Below are positions 1 to 19,270 of a DNA stretch of 64,000 bases, piece by piece. Within the stretch, counting starts at the first letter, position 1; each line of letters starts with the position of its first letter. Source of the DNA: the human T2T-CHM13v2.0 reference genome, Homo sapiens; NCBI RefSeq assembly GCF_009914755.1, contig NC_060929.1. One strand, written 5' to 3'. Under the pieces are notes generated by a model. The model saw only the letters and a program-made list of their open reading frames with translations. It did no database searches and was not told the origin of the DNA. The translations under genes and the position numbers were made by a program.

Positions 1-114
1 ACAAATTCTAACAAATGCAGTAAGATATGAAGCAAAAAGAAATGAAATGTAATAATTATAAAGGAAGAGCAAAATAATAATAATTTATTAATAGCTAACT
101 TTTACAGACGAATT

Positions 115-340
115 TTCTTTCAGGCACTGTCCTAACAATTTTATTGGAATTAGGCCATTTATTTGTTTCAGCAACTTTATGAAGTAGGTAGTATTTAACC
201 CCTCCGCTCCATTTAAAGATGAGAAAATTGAAGCACAGAAAGGTTCAACAACTTTCCCAGAGTTGCACAGCTATTAAATGACAGGATTTGAAACCAGTCC
301 ATCTGGCCTGAAGCCGGGGTTCTCAACCACTATGTGGCAC
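115..340 (-). mobile_element. MIR SINE fragment
   Basis: MIR-core-like text 'ccatttaaagatgagaaaattgaagcacagaaaggttcaacaactttcccagagttgcacagct...ggatttgaaaccag'. Confidence 0.7.
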
Positions 341-389
341 TGACCATCAGGGTTTGAATGATTTAATTATCTATCAGACAGCACATGGG

Positions 390-1220
390 AATTATCCATA
401 GAATAAGTAGAATTAATAAGATTCAATTAAGTTAGTCAGATTTAAAAATAAATATAAAACGAGATAGTTCTATATTAAATAACATAAGGGGGAAAATAAT
501 TCATTACATGAAAATATAAAATACCCAGGAATAAACCTCACCAAAATATCATAATTTAAATGAGAAAAACTATATTGTGGTCCTGGTGTTCTACCTTCTG
601 AGACTAAGATGCCTTCTGGATAAAAACTTTATTGTGGGATATAACAGAAAAGTTGGATTTATGGAAATGCATACCATAGTCCTAGACAGGAGGACTAAAG
701 AGTATATACAATTTTAATTATTACCAGATTAAAATATGTTTACTCTCATTTCAATCAAAGTTCCAACAATTGTTTGGGAGGAGGTGTCAGGAAAACATTA
801 ACTTTTATTTGTAAAAATAAATAGATAATTATGTTTTAAAGAAAACAAAAGAATATATTTAAGTATTTGCTTATTAGTACACTGAATCTCTCTGGAAGGA
901 TGCATAAGACATTGGTTACATTATTTTGCTTCCAGGGAAGGGAATTGGACCACTGAAGGTAGGAGCGGGGATGGATTACTCATCGGACATTTTAAATACC
1001 TTAAAAGTGTGTGAATATATTACCATTCTAAAAGCAAAAACAAAGAAAACAACAAACAAAAAGTAGGTAAGAATATCCAATAAAATTGAAAAAAAAAACA
1101 ATATTGAGGGAGATTTCCTCTATCGAATAGTACAACATATAAAACTGTAATAATTAAAATAGTGAGATTCTGCTTCAAAACTAGATAGATTACTAGAGCA
1201 GCAAAGAGTCCAGAAACTTG
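390..1220 (+). mobile_element. Ancient L1M (L1ME-like) ORF2 fragments, highly degraded
   Basis: A-rich stretches resembling L1 ORF2 ('aaatacccaggaataaacctcaccaaaa', 'aaaactgtaataattaaaatagtgag'); boundaries approximate. Confidence 0.45.
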
Positions 1221-1453
1221 CCTGAGACTAGCATGGCAGATGGAAGTAAACAGATAGGCTGGCTTACGAGCAAAGGGAGAGTTTTATCCAGAAGGCGTCG
1301 TAGTCTCGGAAGATAGAACACCAGGACCAGAGGGCAGGGAAAGCAGAAGCACTGCAAAGCCTATGAGTGTCCCTGAAGGATTAATTTCCTTCTGATGTGG
1401 TTTACCTGCTCAGGCAATTCTGTCTCTTCCAACTTCCAAATGAAAAAGAGGTA

Positions 1454-1805
1454 TGTATTAGTCTGTTCTCATGTTGCTAATAAAGACATATCTGAGACTG
1501 GATAATTTATAAAGGAAAGATGTTTGATGGACTCATCCACATGGCTAGGGAGGCCTCACAATCATGGTGAAAGGCAAAGGAGAAGCAGAGGCACATCTTA
1601 CATGGTGGCAGGCAAGAGAGCTTGTGCAGGGGAACTCCCATTTATAAGACCATCAGATCTTGTGAGTCTTATTCACTACCACAAGAACAGTATGGGGGAA
1701 ACCACCCCCATGATTCAATTATCTCCACCTGGCCCTGCTCTTGACACATGGGGATTATTACAATTCAAAGTGAGATTTGGGTGGGGGCACAGCCAAACAA
1801 TATCA
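1454..1805 (-). mobile_element. THE1 (THE1C/D-like) MaLR solo LTR
   Basis: Begins 'tgtattagtctgttctcatgttgctaataaagacata' and ends 'gccaaacaatatca', the reverse complement of a THE1 LTR; about 350 bp. Confidence 0.9.
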
Positions 1806-3735
1806 GGGTGCTCTGCCACGAATTCATTAGAGAGGAAGTGAAGGCTTGGAGTGTGGGATGTTCACTTGACCTGGGGAGACCAGTCATCCATGTGACCTTA
1901 GGTGAGTCATTTATAATAATCACTAGCACTTACTAAGTGATTCTGTGGGCCCGGCGTGGTGCCAGGTACTTTGTATGCATTACTTCATTAAATCTTTATA
2001 ACAGTCCTCTGAGGATGGTTGTAATCATCTTTACAACGATCCTATAACCCACACCAACAGTTTCAAACAATCTTTTGTAGTATAATCATCTTAACTTACA
2101 AGGTAAGGAAAGCAAGGGATAAATATATCACCAGCTGGAGCACACAGTAAGCAGCAGCACTGGGATCTGAGTGTCCAATCAGCTCCAGTGGCCATGGGAT
2201 TTACTCCACTGTACCACTGCTAATCCCTTTATGTTTCAGTCTTCACATATAAACAGTGAAGGTGCTGGGTTATATATTCACTAAGATTCCTTCTAATTCT
2301 AAAGGGACTGCTATTCTAAGATGAAACACTTCCAGGATCCATCCTTAAATTGGTTCCTGCTGTGGCCACCTGAAACCAACCAACCTATCTCAACTCCACT
2401 GTATATTCAGTGGTCCCTGCTGGGCCGGCCCAGTTGTGGCCAGAACTCTAGGATGCCATTTTAAAAATAATATTAAGTGATCAGATGGATAAAAGTGTCA
2501 ATCTGGGTGAATTTCAGGTGCACCTCTTACAGTTTTTTAAAATAGCAGACTGTGTGCTGATTTACTGTGGTGAATTGAAGATCCCAGGAGTGGTCTAAGG
2601 GTAAAGTCGATGGGCCCACAACCAAAGAGCAAGATGCCAAGGCTGAAAGAATTCTTTTTTTTTTTAATCAACTGTTGTTTTTGTGTGACCTTGTTTACAG
2701 GGTTAGAGATTTCTGAACTCTCTTGGAGAAAGGTCCACTTGTTGCTGCATAGAACAAATGGGCTGAGTAGGTAAATAACAACCCATCTTCAGAAGCTTCC
2801 GTGATAAAAGCCAAGCCCTGGCCTTGGCAATATCTAGTTCGCATCACATCAGTTCCTCCGGTTATATTTCACCCTTTTAACCTCTTTCTCCTCCTCCTGG
2901 GATGCTGGGGCCATTCTTTGCTCCAAGGGCAGACTGCCATGGAGACTGAATCCTCTCTGGAAGAGGTGGGGCTGTCACACTGAGCTGAGGCCTCTTAGCA
3001 GAGCTCATTCCAAAGGGAAGCCCAGCCCAGTGGAGCCACAGTGATGGCTGTTGTCCCTGCCAGCTCACCTTGAGCAAATCACAGAGGGAGTCGGGCACTC
3101 TGCTGAGGACTCTAGCCACCATCACCTTTTCCTTCTCGTGCTAGGTGTCAGAAAGGGGTTGATTGGGTGGACTGTCAGAATCTAGAAAGTATATCTTGGT
3201 ATGAAGAGGAGTGTGGGAGGGCTTGGGGGTCAGAAGCCTGAGTTAACATGACAGCCTTGTCCTTTGTCCTGTGTGTCCTTGGGCAAGTTATGTAACCTCA
3301 GATGGACTAAAAATGGAATCTGTCTCAAAGTCTGTGGCACGGATTAAGTGAGATAATAGGAAGAAAGAGCATAGCACAGTGCCTGGTACATGGGAACTGC
3401 TTAATAACCCAGAGTGATAGCTCTTTTTTTAATTAGGAGTACTGGCTAGTATTCTTGGCCAGATCTCCTGTTTCTCTTTGGAGGTGATTCCCCAACCCTG
3501 GCATGGAGGGTGAATTGTCATGAATACATCTTGGTGGCTGAGAAGCTGGGAATAGGCTGGGGTTAAGAGATGCTGAAGAACATAGCTCTTTGCTAGTTAA
3601 AGGAGTGTAACACTTTCTATGCTGTATTCATTTATGTATTGCTTGAATTTTTTGAAAAAGGTAGTATTAATTTCATAATTAGGAAATAAGTATAAGGAAA
3701 TAGATGTGAATATTTTATACTCTATATAATATATA

Positions 3736-6292
<2,557 letters not shown>

Positions 6293-6354
6293 TATTAGGT
6301 CAATAGACAAAATTAGAATGCAGATGCTAGATTAACAAAAAGCACACACACATG

Positions 6355-6430
6355 TTGAGGGAGAGAGACACACACACAGAGAGAGAGAGAGAGGGAGGGA
6401 AGGAGTGAGGGAGACAGAGACAGAAAGAGC
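6355..6430. repeat. (CA)/(GA)-rich simple repeat
   Basis: 'gagagagacacacacacagagagagagagagagggagggaagg'. Confidence 0.7.
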
Positions 6431-6520
6431 AAATGATAAAGCAAACGGGGCAAAATGTTAACGTTAGATGAATCTGAGTAAAAGGCATACAAGTGTTTTT
6501 TTATATGATTCTTATTTTTA

Positions 6521-6886
<366 letters not shown>

Positions 6887-8102
6887 CTATTGAATATTAT
6901 ATGCATGTATCTTAAGTTCTGAGAGCACACTTAGAAATGGAAGTACTTTCCACGTATACTGGAATGACTTCCCTTCTCTTCCTCCCTCAATATACCTGAT
7001 AAAATAAGAATAGGCTCATTAATGAGCAAGTGCCCTTCTTAGGTTTCACAAAGAGAAAACAAAGAGCCCTTATTAAGCACACAAACCTACATACTGATTG
7101 AAGGTAAATATTAGGGTAAAACCATCATGACTTTAAAAGATATATCAGAAAATCTGACATGTAGATCATTCATGATATAAGGGAATTCTCAAACACAATT
7201 CAGCAGACCCTGCATTAAATGACCAACAGAGATTTACAAGTGCATTAATCATGTGACTCCTGGTTAGTGGTCTTAGCCCCACCCATATGCCACCTTTTGC
7301 ACGAACCTTTGACCTCAGTGCATCCATACCCTCACCTTCTCACCTTGTCCCACATTTGGTGATGAGTGAGATGTTTGTCTCATGCTTGTTTTGTAATAAA
7401 AAAACAGCTACAAGCTTATTGTAGTTTCTTTTAGATTCCATATCCATTTTGGTTAAAATATCCTTGTATCAAAATAGTGGTATCAAAGGGAAAATCCATG
7501 AATATCAGGTACCCAGCACAATTACTTAGTTCTGGCACTGTGGGGTTAGTGAGTAGAGATGACAGGAAGAGCTCAGCATGGTGGCCCAGCTGCCTGCTGC
7601 ACCGGAGGCTGAGCTGAGGGAGAGCCTCCTGAAGCTGATCCAATGAGTTGTGGGAAACATCAGGGTTGATTCAGATGTGGTTGCCCAAGTGAGTCTCTAT
7701 TCTCTCCGGATACCACTCAAGGGTCCTCCCTCTTGGGATGCATACTCTGGCAAGAGGCCCCCTCCCCCAGGACAGTTGGGTGGTCCTGTGGTGAAGAATA
7801 CTGATGGCTGTGAAGGGTAATTATTTGGATAAGCTCAGCCAGGGGCTTCCTTCTGTAGAGTCCATAAGAAGAGCCATAAAGGGTGGAAGGAAAGGGATGC
7901 TCAGGTTATTGGGGGCACAACCTGTCCTAGGGGGTAAGAAATGGAGGCCACAGCACACTCCAGAATGGATTGGTCTGTCACACACTTTCTCAGGAGTTGG
8001 TTGGTTGGAAGAAGGCAGCATCACAAAGAAGGGGGCAGAGAAAGGTGGGGGTCAAACACACTTACTTAGACTTATTCAGGAGTGATCAAGAAAACTGAAA
8101 GA

Positions 8103-8442
<340 letters not shown>

Positions 8443-9208
8443 TCAGGAGTGGTCAAGAACAGGAAAAAAAGATTCTTCTCCCATCTCTCTTTCTCTCTTC
8501 TCCACTTTCTTGACCAAGAGAAGGAGAAGGCTAAGCACTTTCTCAAAGGCAACATATAATTTGCTTCTAAACCAGTACTGGTTTGCATCTTGTCTTTATT
8601 TATCTGGACCTTCAATCTGAAAATCAATCACAGAATTCTCCTCAATGTTCCTGGGTTTACTCCAGGCTCCCATTCAAGATCTCTGAGCCTGAACTCAGCA
8701 ACTGAGCCCAAATCATTCCCTTTCCTTTCCCATCTCCTATGCTTGCCTTTCAAAACTCCTTTCAGAGGACTCCTTTGTTTGAAACACCATTCAAAATTTG
8801 CTTATTCTTCCTTTGTAGGCATCTGGTTGTCATGCCAGATTTTTAACTTTTGCTTTTTCAGCAAAGCACAGATCTTTTTGTCTAGCATTCCCATTTTAGA
8901 TGAGCAGTTGGATTTAAAACCTGCACATTGAGGGAGGTTCCAAGATGGCCAAATAGGAACAGCTCCAGTCTACAGCTCCCAGCGTGAGTGACGCAAAAGA
9001 CAGGTGATTTCTGCATTTCCAACTGAGGTACCAGGTTCATCTCACTGGGGCTTGTCAGACAGTGGGTGCAGGACAGTGGATGCAGCCCACCGAGCATGAG
9101 CCGAAGCAGGGTGAGGCATCACCTCACGCGGGAAGCGCAAGGGGTGGGGGAATTCCCTTTCCTAGCCAAGGGAAGCAGTGACAGATGGCACCTGGAAAAT
9201 TGGGTTAC

Positions 9209-9382
9209 TCACACCCTAATACTGTGCTTTTCCAACCATCTTAGCAAATGGCACACCAGGAGATTATATCCCGTGCCTAGCTTGGAGGGTCCCATGCCCA
9301 CGGAGCCTTGCTCACTGCTAGCACAGCAGTCTGAGATCAAACTGCAAGGCAGCAGCGAGGCTGGGGGAAGGGCATGTGCCAT
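9209..9382 (-). other. L1 antisense ORF0 homolog, truncated to 57 aa
   Basis: MAHALPPASLLPCSLISDCCASSEQGSVGMGPSKLGTGYNLLVCHLLRWLEKHSIRV* aligns to primate L1 ORF0 (MAGAPPPASLPPCSLISDCCASN...). Confidence 0.8.
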
Positions 9383-9957
9383 TGCTGAGGCTTGAGTAGG
9401 TAAACAAAGCAGCCAGGAAGCTCGAACTGGGTGGAGCCCACCGCAGTTCAAGGAGGCCTGCCTGCCTCTGTAGACTCCACCTCTGGGGGCAGGGCATAGC
9501 TGAACAAAAGGCAGCAGAAACTTCTGCAGACTTAAACGTCCTTGTCTGGCAGCTTTGAAGAGAGTAGTGGTTCTCCCAGCACGGAGTTTGAGATCTGAGA
9601 ACAGATAGACTGCCTCCTCAAGTGGGTCCCTGACCCCCGAGTAGCCTAACTGGGAGGCACCTCCCAGTAGGGGCTGACTGACACCTCATATAGCCAGGTG
9701 CCTCTCTGAGACTAAGCTTCCAGAGGAAGGATCAGGAAGCAACATTCGCCGTTCTGCAATATTTGTGGTTCTGCAGCCTCCGCTGGTGATACCCAGGCAA
9801 ACAGAGTCTGGAGTGGACCTCCAGCAAACACCAACAGACCTGCAGCTGAGGGTCATGACTGTTAGAAGGAAAACTAAGAAACAGAAAGGACATCCACACC
9901 AAAACCCCATCTGTATGTCACCATCATCAAAGACCAAAGGTAGATAAAACCACAAAG

Positions 9958-10982
9958 ATTGGGAGAAACCAGAGCAGAAAAGCTGAAAATTCTAAAAATC
10001 AGAGGGCCTCTTCTCCACCAAAGGAATGCAGCTCCTCGCCAGCAATGAAACAAAGCTGGACGGAGAATGACTTTGATGAGTTGAGAGAAAAAGGCTTCAG
10101 AAGATCAGTAATAACAAACTTCTCTGAGCTAAAGGAGGATGTTCGAACCCATCACAAAGAAGCTAAAAACCTTGAAAAAAGATTGGACGAATGGCTAACT
10201 GAATAAATAGCGTAGAGAAGACCTTAAATGACTTGATGGAGCTGAAAACCAAGGCACGAGAACTATGTGACACATGCACAAGCTTCAGTAGCTGATTCGA
10301 TCAACTGGAAGAAAGGGTATCAGTGATTGAAGATCAAATGAATGAAATGAAGCCAGAAGAGAAGTTTAGAGAAAAAAGAGTAAAAAGAAATGAACAAAGC
10401 CTCCAAGAAATATGGGACTATGTGAAAAGACCAAATCTACGTCTGATTGGTGTACCTGAAAGTGACGGGGAGAATGGAACCAAGTTGGAAAACACTCTTC
10501 AGGATATTATCCAGGAGAACGTCCCCAACCTAGGAAGGCAGGCCAACATTCAAATTCAGGAAATACAGAGAATGCCACAAAGATACTCCTCAAGAAGACC
10601 AACTCCAAGACACATAATTGTCAGATTCACCAAAGTTGAAATGAAGGAAAAAATGTTAAGGGCAGCCAGAGAGAAAGGTCGGGTTACCCACAAAGGGAAG
10701 CCCATCAAACCAATAGATGATCTCTTGGCAGAAACTCTACAAGCCAGAAGAGAGTGAGGGCCAATATTCAACATTCTTAAAGAAAAGAATTTTCAACCCA
10801 GAATTTCATATCCAGCCAAACTAAGCTTCATAAGTGAAGGAGAAATAAAATCCTTTGCAGACAAGCAAATGCTGAGAGATTTTGTCACCACCAGGCCTGC
10901 CCTAAAAGAGCTCCTGAAGGAAGCACTAAACATGGAAAGGAACAACTGGTATCAGCCACTGCAAAAACATGACAAATTGTAA
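9958..10982 (+). pseudogene. L1 ORF1p remnant (start ATG>ATT, frameshift and stops)
   Basis: ORF 10323-10757 translates to ORF1p RRM sequence (EIWDYVKRPNLRLIGVPESDGENGTKLENTLQDIIQEN). Premature TGA at 10755-10757. Confidence 0.9.
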
Positions 10983-11045
10983 AGACCATTGATGCTAGGA
11001 AGAAACTGCATCAACTAACAAGCAAAATAACCAGCTAACATCATA

Positions 11046-14853
<3,808 letters not shown>

Positions 14854-15635
14854 ACATTGAGAACACTTGGACACAGGGTGGGGAACACCACACACCCGGG
14901 CCTGTTGTGGGGTAGGGGGAGGGGGGAGGGATAGCATTAGGAGATATACCTAATGTAAATGACGAGTTAATGGGTGCAGCATACCAATATGGCACATGTA
15001 TACATATGTAACAAACCTACACACTGTGCATATGTACCCTAGAACTTAAAGTATAAAAGAAAACAAAAAACAAACAAAAAAACCCCTGCACATCTGTGCG
15101 TGGGAACTTTAAAAATCCACAACACAATGGAATAAGAGCTTGATTGTGAAAATAAATGTTTCATTAATTTGATTTTCCATTGATGTCTTTTTTTTTTTTT
15201 TATTAAACCTTATTGCTGGCCAAGGAAAAGACATTCTGCAGTAGAAAGAACACCGGTTTTGAAGTGAAACAGATTTAGCTTGGAATCCTAGCTTTGCTGT
15301 TTTACTTTGTGACAACATTGGGTAGGTCATAACCTTTTTGAATTTCCTCATCGATAAAAGGGGGTCATATGTGAAGCTGATATGAGGATTATATGAGCTA
15401 GTCTGTGTGCAGTCCTTAGGACAGAGCCTGGATCTGCTAAATGCTCCATAAACATTCGCTCTTGTCAATATGTATCCATGTAAAGCCCTGCACAGAGTCT
15501 GCACCAAACAGATGCTCCCCGCTTCCCCCACCTCTTACTTGCCAATTTTTCTCCTAGCTTAAATGAGAATGGATTTTACCAAAAACCGAGTCACAGTGTT
15601 GCGTGCTTTCTGGGATCTGACCTCTTCTCACTCCC

Positions 15636-16412
<777 letters not shown>

Positions 16413-17667
16413 ACACTCTATTAATCTGGGCTAGAAGACAAAGCCCTTCCTCTCTTTTTCCAGCAACTCGACAAGAGAAACGACCTGTGCAAGAGGGTGG
16501 ACCACAGCCCACACAGGTGTGTGCAAACACACCGCTCAGCCTCGTCAGGCATATTTCCTCAGAGACCCTGGCACGGCCAGGCCCTCCTCACCCCCAACAA
16601 TACAGAAGAGTGGGTGAGGCCCTGAGGCTACCCATCCCCCCACCTCCCGCCGACCCCTCGCCTGTTTTTTTTTTTTTTTTTCCCTGTTTTCTCTCTCAGG
16701 TTTGGGATTCTTTCAGGCGCAGCAAAACTTTTCTTTCCACAAGTCGTGACAAAGCTTACAATGCAAGTATCTTCAGTTACATAATATGTAGACTTTAGCA
16801 GGAACCTCTGTGTTCTGTAGTAAATGGCTTTACTACAGGTCGCTTCCTGCGTGTGTGGGCTTTGAGAGGGAACACAGCTGGAAAGAACACGTGGGACCAG
16901 AAGAGATGTTGCTATGGTGAAAGCTGAAGGCACAAAAGAGAGTCGAGAGTTCTGAAGACCCAGGCTTCCTCCCTCACAGTTTTGCAAAGCCAGCCAGAGA
17001 CCATGCCCCTGGCCAGTCAAATGATCTGATCGTTGGGCCTTCCAGCAGCTCTGTGAATATGTAATATAGTATTATCCACATTTACAGTCAAGGAGACAGA
17101 AGCCAGTGGAGATCAACTAGTTTGTGCAAGTTCATGTAACTAGGAAGAGGGCAGAGACAGGACTTGAGCAAATGACCATCTGTCACCAAGACCCTGGCAT
17201 GCCTCGTTGCCTCTAGCTAAAGAGAAATATAGGAAAATGCATGTGGAGGGGTTCAGTCTTACCAAACCCACCTCGTTGGAGCCCTGAAGGTCCTTCTGCA
17301 TCATATTCTTCCACCATTCTCTGGGCAGCCATGAGCCAGAGTCAGTGCTAGGCCAGGGATTGGCCATGTGCAGGAAGCTTCCTATTGCCCTGTTGTATGG
17401 ATGGAGAACACCTGGGCCTCAGTCCCCTCTGTTGCTATTTAGTGGGGTGTTGTTATTATTATTAGGAAGGACCCAACTTTGAACCTCTCTGTGCTTTAGT
17501 TCCCTCATCTGAAATGTGGAAGAGGGGTAGGTTGGATGACTGGTTCTGCATCTTTGCTGTCCATGAGAACTTCCCAAGGAGTGTTGGTTGGGCCAACCAC
17601 TGCAGTTAAACTGGAATCTCCCTGGGTGGGATGCAAGCATCAGCATTTTCAGAATTTCTTCAGATGA

Positions 17668-17963
<296 letters not shown>

Positions 17964-18469
17964 AGATGATTCTTAAGTACAGCCAATGTGAGAACCAACA
18001 GGTTACTTGATTGCTAAGATTCTTCCAGCTGCAATGTCTTCTGTCCCCATCTGCATGTAAAGACAGTACTGCTAGGGTTCACTTATCCAGACAGTAACGA
18101 TTCATGAAAAACCCTCAACTAAAGCCCCATGTTCAACTTTTCCCGAGAAAGTCACCTCCCTTTGGTTTGTCCAACAATATAGTATTTAAAATCTGTATAA
18201 TGGTCTCAACCCTCATGGTCTTTCATGCTTTTAAGAAAGAGGAAGGATTAATGGGTAATAAAACTATTCAGGAATGGCTTAGTTAATTATTATTCTAGGT
18301 CTTGCTATAAATGGTATCCTAGGGTTCTGAAAAAAATAATTAATGTAATTTAGTCATCCAGCACTAAGCCCTCATTTGATCTGAGGACTGCTACATTCAG
18401 GCTGAAGGTAGAGAGATGAGTAGTCTTTTGCACTTCAGAAACTCCCAGTCCAAGGTGATAATAACAACA

Positions 18470-18730
18470 GCAATAATAATAACAGCTGCAGCCAAAATGG
18501 GAAAATACTTATTGAATATCAGGCATTGCTAACAGGTGCTTTTTATATGTTATTATTTTAGATCCTCACAACAACCCTGCTAGGTAAGCATCATTTCCTT
18601 CATTGTATTCCTGGGGAAACTAAGGCCCAGAGAGGTTAGGTAACTTGCCAAGGTCACACAGCTAAGAAGTAGATGATCTGCCATTCTGATCTACGTCTAT
18701 AAGATTTAAAATCCCATGCTCTTTCCATCA
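18470..18730 (-). mobile_element. MIR SINE
   Basis: 'cctcacaacaaccctgctaggtaag...ggaaactaaggcccagagaggttaggtaacttgccaaggtcacacagcta'. Confidence 0.8.
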
Positions 18731-19219
18731 TATGATAAAACCTCTAGAAAGAGAGAAAGGATTGAGAAATAGAGATAAAGATGGCAGGGAGAGGGTTAAC
18801 TTCCATGGGAGAGAATCCGGCCCAGGTGGAGGAATTGCTGTGAATTGCTCACATGAAAGGTGTTAAAAGAAAATCAGTCTTGTAATTCTGTATCTTAACT
18901 ATGTTTGGGGCTCAATCCTGTTAGAAGGTACAGCACTGGAACATGTAAATTCATTATGAAGAGCTAGTTCTTCTTCAGTCAGTCCCAGCTCCCTCCAATT
19001 AGTCTTCAAAAATAAACCCATTGTATGTTTCGTGGCTTAGCAACATCATTTTTCAGCCAGTGTGAGCTCTTTGGTTCTTAGCAGATTTTCACTTTTACTG
19101 ACTGCCATCAGTGATATAAAATGTACCAGGAGGAGAGGATGGTGGTGGGCACAGCTGTGACAACGCCTTTCTCTATGCTGTTCAGATCCAAACACGGTAT
19201 GAGCCGGCACGTTCTGAAG

Positions 19220-19223
<4 letters not shown>

Positions 19224-19263
<40 letters not shown>

Positions 19264-19270
19264 ATACACA
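19224..19270. repeat. (CA)n microsatellite
   Basis: About 17 perfect CA units followed by 'tacacatacac'. Confidence 0.95.

Noticed and set aside
15083-15200. L1 3' transduction
   Set aside because: The TSD copy follows the A-rich tail directly, leaving no transduced segment.
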